A stretch of DNA of 62,892 nucleotides, filler included, from Choristocarpus tenellus KU-1152 (Eukaryota > Protista > Phaeophyceae), in the NCBI GenBank assembly GCA_964200185.2. It is 9 parts of 9 records of this genome, joined end to end, with 100 filler letters (N's around TTAATTAATTAA, not from the genome) between each part and the next. Parts side by side here need not be neighbours in the genome. Positions count along the whole stretch, not along the records: positions 18,735 to 43,413 come from CAXNAD020000203.1; 8 more parts are not named here. One strand, written 5' to 3'. Numbering within the stretch: the stretch's first letter is position 1; each line of letters starts with the position of its first letter. Position numbers and translations under genes: made by a program. The notes beneath the pieces are model-generated. The model did no database searches. It saw only the letters and a program-made list of their open reading frames with translations, and was not told the DNA's origin. Shown here in pieces: positions 24,801 to 37,805 of this stretch.

Positions 24801-27800
24801 CTGATGGTGAAACCTTTGATTCAGGTAATTATGAGCCTCACCAAAACAAAATAGTTTCTTCTTTGTCATTCTCTGGGCAATTTTCCCATCTAACAAGTTT
24901 CGTTTTGTTGAAGGGTAAGGTGTACACCTTGCCTGTACTCTAAGGGCAAGGAACTCAAGATAGATATTTCAAACAGAAACGCCACCCCTTTTCAGTTTCA
25001 ACACCTTTTCTAGTTTGTATTAATTGTGCGGTCAACCTTTCAATCAACTCACAGACAAAAACAGAAGGAAGAATCACTACTGGAACATGGGATGCTAATC
25101 TACACAGCTCTTACAAGTAAGTCTATCTATGCCAGTGATAAAAAACTCATACAGCAGTGCAGACCTGGTGAATGTACTGGTCCGTGAGACCAACAATGGC
25201 CAGCCACAAGAGGTCATTATTATCCTTGTTCACCTGAATAGTCATGTCAAGCAATGAGCAAAACCTTTAGACAGCTGTTGAATGCTTTTATGGAACTCAA
25301 TGTGGGAATTTAAGAGCACAGACACATCAAATGGTTTTTTCCCTTCACATAAACCTGTGCCGCACAGATGGCAACAATAGGTACCTGTTATTGGCAGTCA
25401 AGTGGAACAGGCTCAAGAAGCGACTACTTCCCCAAAACTTCAAAGCATTGTCCATACCTGTGTTGCCATGCTAAACAATTGGACTGCGGATGCAGAGCTG
25501 TGTGTAGCACCATTGTAATACTGGCGTATCCGCCGACGTCGGTCAGCTGCAGCAGCCTTTACTCCAACTGGAGTCCCTGGACCTGCTTCTCTCTTCCGCT
25601 TGCGTCCCTGCGGCTTCCTTATTAGATCAACCTCAGGTCCTTGGGGAACATCGTTCTTACTTCTAGTATGCACTGGTCCCCTTGACTCATGTGGTGAGCT
25701 GTGTGGTGATTGGTTTTCCTTATTTCCTGGTACTGCCCTTTGCCCCTCATCATCTGAGACTTCATTGTCGGTGCCGGATGCCTCCTGGTCACTCCCAATC
25801 CTGTCATCCTCAAGCTCTTCTTCTTGCTTTAACATGTCATCAACAGCAATGACAAGATGCAACCAAAAATTGACAGCAAATGATGACACCTTGGTCAATC
25901 AAGGGCATCCATGATAACGGCAACCATATGCAGTTCTCTGATTGCCTTCCCTGCATCAACCGTATCCTATGTACTTCTGGTATCAATGGAAGTATGACTA
26001 TAAATTACATGAAATCCGTTTGACCTAAAACCACACCTCAAAACATGGGTCGCCACCTGAAGTGAAATTTTGGGTGAGCTCGTGCACTGATTGACAACAA
26101 CTTTTTAAACAATCAGCTACCAAAAAACCAGGTTTTCAACTTGCTATCTCCGAAGGTGCTGTATGATGTTGGAGAAAATGTTTTGTTTTTCAGATCAAGC
26201 AACTATTCCTATAACCTACAGAAGAACACCTCCCTGCACCTTGTAACCTATGCTCACCTCACTTGCAGAGTCAGAATCCTCATCACTAGTGTCATCATTC
26301 CCACTAAGCCCTTCTCCCTCACTTGGGAGGTCACCATCATCACCCATCAGCCCATCATAGAAAACTACAACTCTTTTATGACAACCAGTGCGCATCAAGT
26401 GAAAGGTCAGCAAGAAAAATCAGTGCTTATCCAATAAGGCTGGTCATAATTTGGTGTGCAAAGGGGGGGCGGGCGCAAGGATGTACTCAGCTACTGATCA
26501 ACCTGAGAAGAGACAGATTGTCAAGAATTTGATAGTGGAATATTTGGACCTTGTCTCATATGATTGTTTTTCAGAGCAACTGGCTTTGCATGCCTTGGAA
26601 CCACAGAAGTAGTTGGACTTGGTCGTTGGTTGACACAAAACGAAAATCGTCAATGAGATGTCCACAGTGATCTTCTGCTGAACTGAATGGGGCTCTATGT
26701 CACAATTGCCATGCTGCAGAGTGAAGAGAAATTGCACTCCTCTGTTGGTCAACAAAAATGGATATTCCACCAATGTATTGCACTTGTCCTTCGCAGAGTT
26801 CAGCCCACCTGAGCAACCTCATTGGAAGCAACATCCTATAGGTACCTTATAACTGGAAATTTCTGGTCCAATTTTCACTCATATGTGTTGTACCTACATA
26901 TTCCAACCAGCCATATGAACAACTCTTGTCTCACTGCTGATACTTAGAAGTAGAAATTACCACTTAATTACACAGATCTGTACACTAACAAATATGAAAA
27001 ATTTTTTTTTAGAGGTGTTAACCAGCTAGAGTGCACATCGGTACATTCCACCTCCCTCAAAATTCCCCACGTAATCAACAACATATCTATAATGTGTACA
27101 GGCAAAAATAATCCATGGAGGCACATAAGTACCGTACCAACCCTTCAAGGCACAACCCACTCCATGAAGCTGCACACCCTAAACGTTCATTTCTGGAGCA
27201 CTCAGGGGAAGATTAAACACTTGGGAACGAGGGTTGCTCGTATTTTCTTGAAATCGACTGATAAAACCCTGTCCAACCCCCACCATCCCATCAGTACATC
27301 AGCATTAGTAACACCAACTATAAGGACACCAAGTTTGGCATCAGAAGAAGGCTTTGATTGACAGATTGCAATTTTTAACTACGAAACAGAGTCTATGCTT
27401 CACAAGGAATCCGATAACCACCGTGTCTGTATCCATCTTTTCGAACAGCGTTGCGTTTGGCAGGTCCTGCAAAACAATGCCAGGGATCATGTCCAGCACC
27501 GTAGTAAGGATGTGGTTGACGGACTACGGGTGTTCAAAGGCCATCAGCGTCAACTCTTCATGAGAAACCCGATGATAACGACCCCCAACCATATTTTCTT
27601 CTCTGTGAATACATCAATTTAGCGTGTGTGCATACCCACTGGTTGCAGTGTATTAATATGTACATATATTTCTTAGCGAATGTACAGATGGGTGTGCTTG
27701 TTCTGAACTATCTTTAACAAAAAGATTTGACGAATTGCGCACCTGGACTTGTCTGCATAGATATTTGCCAAGTGAACAGGGCGGTTGCTATCAGCGATAT

Positions 27801-28365
27801 AAACATGGGCCTCTTCAACCAAGTGTGACAGTAGTTTTTCCACATTCAAGCTGGCCCCACAGTTGATCATCACAACACTTCGCAGTTCTTCATTTCCCTT
27901 GGAAAGTAGTAGAGCCAGAGCGAACATGGGTCATATGGATGTCTCAATCTATGAGTATGGCATTGTTCCATTTCTGGGCGATATTGTGAAGGCAATCAAA
28001 GATAAGAACAACACGCAAGGTGGTCGTAGACTGGGGACATCTCAACTACTGGGGGAACACCTGCCACAAGGGGAACCATTCCCCAATACGCCAGACACTG
28101 GAATCAGCCCTTGAGGTATCCTCACACCATGGTTCACCTTGATGAGTTCCTCGTCTGCAGACGCCACATCGCCATAACCAGACACTGGCTTGATCTTGTA
28201 GGAGATAGCATCAGCGCGAAGCATGTAGGTCAAAATCCGACAAGCACACATTGCATCGCAATTAGGAGCGACGAAAATCACGACAGTGCATGCCCCACCG
28301 GCCTTGGAAGCATCTTCCACGATCTGCGCATACGCCATTTCAAGTTCATTCTGCTCCAACAGCAT
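21884..28365 (-). CDS. CDC45: Cell division control protein 45 (CMG helicase subunit). Nine exons: 28365-28138, 27897-27743, 26372-26258, 25826-25458, 25233-25165, 24747-24556, 24104-23894, 22665-22556, 22447-21884
   Basis: Motifs VIFVAPNCDAMCACRIL, INCGA, ADSNRPVHLANIY, acidic loop, DLLWLAIVGLTDQ, RFMLHRHWSLYESMYFSNFVASKL, LAKMGFSL, SAADMVY and NNFGARF...HDGFES. Exon phases are all compatible. The exon-1 donor could alternatively be at 28126. Confidence 0.95.
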
Positions 28366-28708
28366 TCCCACTTAAAAGAAGAGAGAGTCGCCCTTACGAT
28401 GTGATTCGCACTAACAACGGACGATCAAAGAACCCTCCCCTCTTGATACTTCTTATGCCACGTAGACCTCAGTTGCACGTCAAGAAAGAATAAGATAATA
28501 ACTGATGGGAAATGCGTACCATCGAACCCTCGAATGGGTTTTGGTGTGGTTATTGTGTCTTGTGAGCAACACAAGGGAAGAAAACGATATGGGTAGAAAT
28601 TTTGAAAATCAGTAAAGCCAACTCTACATAGAAACCTACTTGAAGAGAAACACCCTTAACCATTAATGGTGTAGCTGTAAAGTTGCCTCGCGCCAAGTTT
28701 CGCTCGTG

Positions 28709-30428
28709 ATGGGTTTCTTTATTTCAGGCATTGGCCGTGCTATTGTGGCATCTTTGTCCATCTTCGGGGATCGTGGGCAATTGTATTCGTCGCCAAACTC
28801 TATGTATTCCCAAGAGAAATGGCAAAGCCTTGGACTTGTACGGGGTGGTAGCACTAGTTCCGAAGATGCACAGTATTCATTTTCGCTTACGACATTTAGC
28901 CCTCGAGGAAGTCTCAGCCAGATAGAGTACGCGATGAATGCTGTTGCGGTGAGTCCCTGGAATGGTGTTATCGTAGATGGGACTTCTTGGACCAGAATTT
29001 GATCTCTCTGTGTAGGGAGGATGATCGTATTTATTGTCTCTCAACTCAATACACAGGCTGGTGCACTAGCGCTTGCAATCAAGTACAATGGCGGAGTGGT
29101 CCTGGCATCTCTCGATAAAGCTAAATCTCCGCTTGTGAGAGACATCTGCACCAAGAAGATATCGTACCTGTCCGACAGGATTTCGATTGTCTACGCGGGA
29201 TTGGCTGCAGACTCGAGGTGAGTGAAAACTCGATATTCATTACGAGGCGCTTCAATTACTCTGCTTCTCATAGGGACTCTTTTTTTCTATGCTAGAAGTA
29301 ATTGCTTATTCATCCTTCATCCTCCCTCTCACCGCAATAGCATATCTGGTTTATTTGCTGCCGTCTGTCCAGATAGTAAGTGCAAATGGTACTTATAATT
29401 CGGTTCGTCTCATACACATGACAAAAGTATGTGATCGGTGTTACAATTGTTGGGTTGTTAAGGTTCAACTCGTTTCACATGCATACCTGGGCTGAAAGAC
29501 ACTTTCAATACATTGATAAAAAATATACCTCAATTTCAGCATTTCATCCTTCTCCTAACCAATCAGCGCAACAAATCAGAGATATGGAGGTGGCCCACCG
29601 GAGACAGGCCGGTCGATATCAGCAATTATCATGACATGAAATCTGTGGTTAGCAAATTTTATGACAATATATGTGTAGCTACTGGTGGCCTGAGTTGATA
29701 GCATTGTAACGTGATCAGTATCTTGTACTATCATACTCTCCCACTCACCATAGTACAAAATTTCCTATGTTGTAGTAAACCTCACACTATATACTTTCTT
29801 AACCCTTTTCTTGTCAAGGAAAAGCATCCCATACAGATCAATTAGCCCTTGACCTGTGGAGAATGAAGAACACCCATTCCACGTGTTTATAACCTCTTTC
29901 TCCTCGCATATCTGTGTTCATTTTTGAAGGGTCTTGATCACTACAGCTCACCAATGCTGCTCTCAGTATAGCAACAAGTTCGGTGGGACGTCAGAGATGC
30001 CTGTTTGTGCGCTAGTGTCTGAATTGGCATCTGTCATGCAGGAATACACACAGATGGCTGGTGTAAGACCGTTTGGTGTAACATTAATTGTTGCTGGAGT
30101 GGACACAGTTGATGGAGCAGGCGGTGCAAACTGTGACAAACAGACTGGGGCTGATTGTGTGCTTAGTGAGAAGAATGAAGTTCTCTTGTATCGGATTGAT
30201 CCCTCTGGAAGGTACTCATCCTGGAAGGCAGTAGCAATTGGTCAGGGGTCAAGCATCGCCGAAGAACTACTTGAAGATAGATTCAAGGATGATATGCTTA
30301 AAGAAGAGGCTATCGATCTTGCAGTATCTGTTGTGCTGTCTTGCACAGAGGGAGGCACAGCAAGAGAAGATGTTCAAGTTTCTGTGATTGAGGACAGGGC
30401 TCAAACAGGAGCAATACCAAATGAGTGA
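28709..30428 (+). CDS. PSMA2: 20S proteasome subunit alpha type-2-like, divergent, with ~50-aa N-terminal extension. Exons 28709-28948, 29057-29217, 29930-30428
   Basis: Alpha-2 signatures YSFSLTTFSPRGSLSQIEYA, VYAGLAADSR, ASVMQEYTQMAGVRPFGVTL and LYRIDPSGRYSSWKAVAIG. Introns are GT-AG and in phase. Confidence 0.88.
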
Positions 30429-30436
30429 ATATTTTC

Positions 30437-31735
30437 TTATATTTTATCATAGGCTAACACACAATCTCTTACCACAAGCACATTAGCTAGGAAAAACAAC
30501 ACTGATGCACCCCAGAGAAGAAAAAAGGTGTTACTGCCCTGTATTTCAAGGTGCCATGCACACAGTAGCCACAGGGCAAGAGCACACACCCACATACCAA
30601 CAAGAAACAAACCCTGTCTCACCCCGAACATCAGCTTAGGGACTAAGAGTGGCACAAATGAGAAGTACCATGTGAAGTATTGGCCGGTACAGACCTTGTT
30701 GAAAACCACGAACACAACTGTCTGCAGACACACACAAAATGGAAGGTTAGAGTGAAAGCGGAGTGACACAGCCAAAAGTAGCACAACCTGCGGCACAAAA
30801 GATCCTAGGCCAAGTACCCAGCGATGTGCAGCCCCATAATCCAAATAGATCCAATACCAATACATGGAGTAGTTGTGTCTGTTGTCTGTGCGCGTGAGAT
30901 GATACAACAATGCGTTCTGAGTGAAATCGTGACCGTATGTCAACATTGAGAGCATGGTGCACAATATAAATGTTGATGCACTGACAATTCCGAAGAGGAT
31001 AGGTTTGCGAGTAAAAAGTCTCGGAAAAGATGCACCTCTCTCACCTCCGCAGGTAGAATTTTGCGCCAGAGCCAACACAAAGGCCAACGAATAAATAATG
31101 GGGTATACCCTCAAGTGCACAACAAGGCCGAAAACAACTGCTGCCAAAAACACTGACCCTTCCAAGATAGATAGAGTTGCCCGTAGCACAAGAGCGCTAG
31201 TGATCGAGTCAAAACTCCCCCTAGTTGACACATTGATTGAGAGAGGATTAAAAATCCAAAGACAAGCATACTTGAGCGATTCTCCAGGTCGTAATCCTTG
31301 ACGTAACAAAATTTCCTCAAGCAATCGTCCCAAAGCAAGGTCCGCTACACTGAACAAAAGTTTACCCCAACATCGGTGCACGATCACATTCGGGACAAGA
31401 AGGATGGCTAGTAAGGGTGAGTATCGGTAGGTGGCACGATTGTACGGTGAGTTACCATTTATGACATGATGTGCTGCGTCCGTGATGACTTCATAGTCGA
31501 TATCTGTGTATTTGACAGTGAAGTTCTGATCTTGCCATTCTCCAACAAAAATCAGCACCACACGAAAGAAAAAGCCCAAAGCGTATATCATCAACCCACG
31601 GCGCTTGATCCACTCTTGCACTTCCATAGAGCCAGTTGGCGCAATCAGACAATCAGTACCATTCTTTCCTAGACTGCTATTTGAACCTCCGTTCGTCTCT
31701 TGCTTCTCAGGCGTTGGGTATAGTAACCCCACCAT
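30437..31735 (-). CDS. PIGM: GPI mannosyltransferase 1 (PIG-M/Gpi14), single exon, 432 aa
   Basis: Motifs VKYTDIDYEV (DxD), SPYNRATYRYSPLLA, NVSTRGS, LYHLTRTDNRHNYS and FNKVCTGQYF, plus multiple hydrophobic segments. Confidence 0.95.
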   Translation of the reverse strand: MVGLLYPTPEKQETNGGSNSSLGKNGTDCLIAPTGSMEVQEWIKRRGLMIYALGFFFRVVLIFVGEWQDQNFTVKYTDIDYEVITDAAHHVINGNSPYNRATYRYSPLLAILLVPNVIVHRCWGKLLFSVADLALGRLLEEILLRQGLRPGESLKYACLWIFNPLSINVSTRGSFDSITSALVLRATLSILEGSVFLAAVVFGLVVHLRVYPIIYSLAFVLALAQNSTCGGERGASFPRLFTRKPILFGIVSASTFILCTMLSMLTYGHDFTQNALLYHLTRTDNRHNYSMYWYWIYLDYGAAHRWVLGLGSFVPQVVLLLAVSLRFHSNLPFCVCLQTVVFVVFNKVCTGQYFTWYFSFVPLLVPKLMFGVRQGLFLVGMWVCALALWLLCAWHLEIQGSNTFFLLWGASVLFFLANVLVVRDCVLAYDKI

Positions 31736-31853
31736 TAGTTGTTGTACCTCTCTTTCCTCCTACTAACGTCGACATTGTCGCATTATCTTGGTCCGGCGTG
31801 TTTTTGTGGTGAAGAAACAAATAATACACAATACCAATAACAATACGTATAAA

Positions 31854-32179
31854 TGTCAGCTTTTTAAAAATCTCCGACATTGATGAGAACAATACCCGTG
31901 ATCATATACATTTGCGCGCGTCACAATTTCCGTTGAGGCGAGGCCAAGTGATGTGGTGTTGGTCAGTCGCACGATGGGCACGCGGGTACCCCGACATGAA
32001 CGGTGGATTCAAACCTCTGTTCTGGCTGGCCACAACCAATCACATGAAGATTGATCCCATGGCACTTGAGGTTGTCATCATACACCCATCAAGCCTCAGT
32101 CTCATCTTTCACTTCCTTTCTGAACCTTATCTCTGGTGGTTCTCATCACCCCTATCACATTGAACCAGGGTCCATTACA
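31854..32179 (+). repeat. 5' LTR
   Basis: tgtcag...tctccgacat...ccattaca aligns along its whole length with 37806-38168, with many substitutions. Confidence 0.8.
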
Positions 32180-35100
32180 TTAGTACTCACGCCGATCTGT
32201 GTTGGGAGGTCACCAGAGATATAGGGCTACGTTACAACGGCGGACAAGAAAGAAGTGCAACCAACTCAAAAGGTTGTTGACCCTGGTCAGAAAGCCGAGA
32301 CGATTTCGAGAAATAAAGCACCATCAGGAAAGCGTAGGGGGAGAGGAAGGATAATCCAATATCCCGAAACATGCAGATCCTGAGCCCAGTCAAAATCGCT
32401 AATACATCCTTGGCGGCTCACTTGAACAAGATGGCTGTGTCCAATGCCTGGGTGACGGGTTCAATTTAACCCAGTCAGACCAGACCCTCTATCAAGCGCC
32501 GGCCGAAGATGGCGAGTACAAGGAGGACCGAGGGTTCGATATCCACGACAAGTTCCTTCATTCAACTCCGAGTGTCACTTAACTCTAAAACACAGTTTTA
32601 GACTTGGAGAGTGTGGAGGTCAGCCTTACTCACTGCTACAACCCTGTCAAGGATAAACCAGCAAGATAAGATGAGTATATTGTCCCACCCTAACTTGACC
32701 ACATTCCCTGGGGCTACGTACTTGATCCCTTCCTTGATCATGATACATCTTTCTCACAAAGACTTACCCCATGAATTCTGGAGCACAGGATTTGTCCTGT
32801 TCCCCTGTTGCCAAATTTAAAAAATGGGTTAGACCTTTCCCTCATGCGTATCTACAACAACCACAAAGAGCGTTCGATTGGTCGACTTTTATTGGTGATC
32901 AAAGCACGCGCTGCCCTTTCAGAATTCTCTATTATTCCTCCAATAAACCCCTGCAGGACAACATAGAACCACAAGAGGAGAGAGTGAGAAATGAGCATAT
33001 ATAGAGATGGCCTGCTGATTCTGTTTCCCCAGAATAAGCAAGGATAAGGCGTAAATGTGGTATGATATCCAAGGTCTTGTTGCTAGGTTGGGAAACACTG
33101 AAGAAACCGTAGAACCTAAGCCACAACGTTTGAAGCTTTTAAGATTTGCAAGCCAAGAATTGCCACGAGCAGGACATGTAACAACTGTTGCATCTGCTCT
33201 TTCTTGCTCCTAGCAATTTTTTTTGGGTGTGGGTGAACTTTCTTTTACACCTCATGTGTTGTTCCACTTTTTCATACTGCTGACACACATCAGCCTTCCA
33301 ACATTACTCTATCTCCCCTCGAGTGCTGAATGTTTCATCTCGCTGGGTACGAATTCCTGGGTATGTAAATAATGAACCTTTAATGAAAATTACTGTTGAT
33401 ACAGCTACTGACATTCTAGTAATACCGCTCAGATACATTGAAGCCCACCCAACTCTTTGTAAGTCACCCATTCGGGAGATTCCGGCAGGCACTCTGAATT
33501 TAAAAGGAGCAGGTGGTAGACCTTTATCTGTCCATGGTTTCATTCAATTTACTCTATGACTTGGTGACATATCAATGCCAGTCTGTTAAGCTGTCCTTTA
33601 CAATCTGTTGTCCCACACAACCAGTTATATTATTGTTTAAGCTTGTATCACAGTTGAGAAGAGAGTGAGATACCTTCACTAGGTGGGGCTCACCAATCCT
33701 TACGTTGAATGACTCAGAATACCAAATGACTCAACAGTTCTCTAGTACATTTCAGACACACTCCCCCTCTAACAGTCTGCCGATTACATCTGGTCAGATA
33801 CACCTCTTAAATATCTTGAATATCCCGTATTATTATCTGTGCATACATAAAATGATACTTCAAATCATATTCTCACAAATGGTCAAGCACAATCTTGACA
33901 CACTCCCCTGCTCTAACTATGCAGTGAGAATCAAATCAGTCCAACAATAAATCCCAACTTGAAATCAACTCAATCTGCACACTTCGAATGTTATTCCTAC
34001 ACATGGACAAGCAAAATCTTGACACACTCCACTGCTCTGTCCATACATCATGAATCCAATGAACTCAATCTGCACACTACCCCTTACTCACAGTGCATGA
34101 TAGTTCTAGTGTGAAACTCAAACACGTTACCACTCAGAGCCTTCGTGAACAAATCTCCATGTATTGGAATTTCGGGCAGTGCTAGATTCGGATAGAGAGG
34201 AAATGTCGTTTAAAGACAGTGATCAATGCATTCCAGCAACTCACAAAATTTACCCTTTCCCATCTGCTCCCCCCTAAGACATGTTTGTCAGACTGAAAAT
34301 CCGTCACCTCATATTTCTATTTCAGTGATCACATCTGAGTTCACGACACCAGTACATACAGTAAAAAAAATACACTTTCCCCCTTGCATGGAAACGCCTG
34401 TCCCAGCTTGTTCTCAGGCACTCAGAGAAACAGCTACCAATACAGTGGTGGAATATATCATTTACACTGACACAGACCTTCAGCAAGAGGACGACATACA
34501 TTCCCACTGGCAACACGTTATGGTTAGTCGAACCCTCACTGGTTGGGATGAAGATGGAGGATGTTTAGTCAAAATTGCCAAACTTTCTCAAAAAAAGGGG
34601 TCAAGTTACCAGCAATTTTGTAGTTGGCCATGTCTCCCCTGTATCAACTACATACTCCCTTTCAGAGGCCACCAGAAGTGCAGTAGCAGCCACACCCTCT
34701 ACTCCCGAAGAACTGAAGAAACCTAGGGATGAATTGAAGGTTTTTTCTAAGGCTTTTTGCAAATAAACAACTGACAAGTCCTGAACAAGAGAAATTACTA
34801 CATATTGTGGCTAACTTCAGATCAGTCTGTTCATTATCCAGGAAAGAATTAGGTTGTTGCACCACTACTTCTGTTGAGTTTCCACTACAACCAGGTACAA
34901 AACCGGTTTGTGGACCACTGTATCGTGCAGCACCAAGTATATGTGACACTATTCGTCATTGTGTAACTGATATGGAAAAAGAGGATATTATAAAACCCTC
35001 ATCTAGTCCATGGGCATCCCCTGTTACCATTGTTGCAATGCCTGATGGATCTCCTCAATTCTGTGTGGATGTTAGAGGAACCATAAATAAACAATTGATA

Positions 35101-37805
35101 ACGCAATTCATGGCCTTCACCATCCATGGATGAGTGTTTATCCACTTTTGGGAGTTCAAAATATTTATCTTGTTTAGATATCCAATCAGCCTATTGGCAA
35201 CTATCGATAACTGAGAAATGCGAATGACAAAAACTGCATTCATCACACTGGATGGGAAATATGAGTTTCAAAGGTTATCATTTGGAGTTCAAAACGCGCT
35301 GTGGATCTTCCAATGCTTTTGTCTGAAACCTTTTCTACAATTGATCCTAGCCCTGGGTTCTTGGTATATTAGATGATATTGTTTGGCCTCTCCATCTTGG
35401 GCACGCCATAAACAGTTAATCACTGCAGTACTGCCAATGTTACATACTGTAGGGGTTACATTAAAGTCGTCCAAGGCTCAATTTGGCTCAAAGCAAATCC
35501 ATTATTTTGGACATATTGAAGCTATTTTAGTTATGAATCCCCCTCAAATGGTGAAAGGCTTACAATCTTTCTTAGGTTCTATGAACTTTGTTAGGAAATA
35601 TATTCCTCATCTAGCAACAGCAACAGAACTGTTGAATTCGCCGCACACAAAGGGGAAGTTAAAAAAAGATGACACCTCAGTAAAGCGAGCAAAGGAAGAC
35701 CACAATGATATCTCATGATATCTCATCTAGATGGAATTGACCACAGCAAACTGCTTTTGACGAGTGCAAACGACTTGTAACTATGGCTCCAGTGCTAGAC
35801 TTTCCTGATTCTTCTAAGGAATTTTTTATTCATGTAGATGTCAGTAATGTTGAAACAGCAGCGTTTTTGGCCCATAAAAATGATAATGGCAATTTTTTGT
35901 ATAATTGCATACCATAGTGCCTTATTTTCCCCCTCCCAACGGAAATATTCTGCCGCACAAAATAATGCCTTGCAGTTATCCTGGCAATTCAACGCTGGAG
36001 ACCATATATTTGGGGTACATATTTCACAGTTATTAGTGATCATTCAGCCTTACGGTGGCTGGATATGATGCATCCCAGATATGTTGCCACGTCCTCAACT
36101 GGAAGAATGATGTAAACATGAATCTGAACTACAGCCTATAATACCACTGTTCATGAAACCTCATTTTTCTCATGTTTGGGAGGTGCACAAATTTACCAAT
36201 TGATCTTATTTTGAGGGTCCCTGAGGTCACCTCCATAACTGTACAAGAATAGAGTACGAGAGCAGTGGAGAATTTACATCTAGCCTAATTAGCCTGGCGT
36301 AATATTGGTGAGATGGCTCTAAGGAAGGAATCAAAGAACGTGAACCATAAACTCCCACTATATGGACAAGGAGATAAAGAGTGGCTTCACAAACCACATA
36401 CTTCAGCTGATACACCAAACCCCAAGTTATTATCCCCATGGAGAGGACCTTATGAAGTGAAGGCATGTGTAACACCTGTTGTTTATTGCATAAAGCGCTT
36501 GGAAGACCGAGGTGAAGTGACAGTTCATGTGGCCAGACTTAAACCCTACAAGGAAGGAACAGCCACAGAACCTTACATTGATGCCCTTCATTCACTCTTT
36601 TTAGGCCAGGTATTACCCGAACCGAATCTTGACAAGGGGTCAAAGACACAGTCAACAATTGGGTCTTACAATGTAGAGGGCATTGTTGACCATAAGCGAG
36701 GTGTAGGAAGAAAGACCACTTGCAATTATTTGTGCTGGCTTCACTTTCAGGGATATTCACCAGCCAATGATGTATGGCGCAAACCCACTGAAATACCTGA
36801 TTGTACAGAGATGATTGCAGCCTACAGGGATGAGAACAAGTTGGACCTCCCTAATGTAAGATCCACTGACCAAGCGACTTGCCATTATCAAAGACACCTG
36901 CCACTACAACAACTAATGAACTTGTATTACTGCCAACCGGACGTCAACCTAATTGCAACCAAGCCTCCTCTAATATTTGTGACATCCCTCCTTGTGGACT
37001 GGAAAGTGTGATGGATGCCTCTATACTAGTGGGTTGCCGGCCTGGTGAGTTGCCACCAGATTCCACAGGTAGAGAGAAGATGTTTCTTTATCACTACCAA
37101 GATGGCAGGAGCGATGCCATTAAATTCTTGAAGACCATACCATGGCTCAGTCCGGGTGGTATTTTATAGATGAACTATTTAACGACTTGAGTCTCGTGAG
37201 GTACAAAAACTGCTCTCATCCAGAAACACAAACATAGGTTGGTCCTATCTGTGAGAAGCATGAATATTTTTTCAAAGTATTATTTACCATGGGTATAATA
37301 TTTTACTTTGTCTTAAAAACAAATTCACATAATACAAAAATATTTACAGTCCTACTTTCTGGTTGTCCAAGCACCTTGAAGGCAAGTGTTGAAGAAGAGG
37401 TGATAGTAAGGGATGATGAGTCTTCTAGTCACCCTTGACACTATCCTCACAACACTTCCCAATAGATGACTTGATTTACCATAGCTGAGGTGATTCTGAG
37501 CTTCATTCACCCGGATCCCTGGGAGGAACGTAGGAGACAGGCAGGTGCACGCAAGTGTTCTCACTGTGCTTTCCACCCGTTAACATAGACTTACTTCACT
37601 TGGACTAGAGTGCGACCTAGGGCTGATCACCACTAGTGCTCTACCTTTTCATTTTTCTTTGCCCTGAGTTGATTCAACCAGGTTGTTTTTCAACCAGGAT
37701 GTTCATTTGTTTTTCTCCCAAAGATGGATCTGTATGACATGAAGGGCTAGCCAGCCACTTTTTGTGTTCATGTAGGATCGAATTCACACTGGGGGGGGGG
37801 GGTAA

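Noticed and set aside
21842-25914. Several plus-strand ORFs over CDC45 exons
   Set aside because: They are antisense shadows of the CDC45 coding exons.
30437-31735. Intronless PIG-M as a retrocopy or HGT
   Set aside because: PIG-M is single-exon in other eukaryotes too (e.g. human), and no poly-A tail or TSD is visible.
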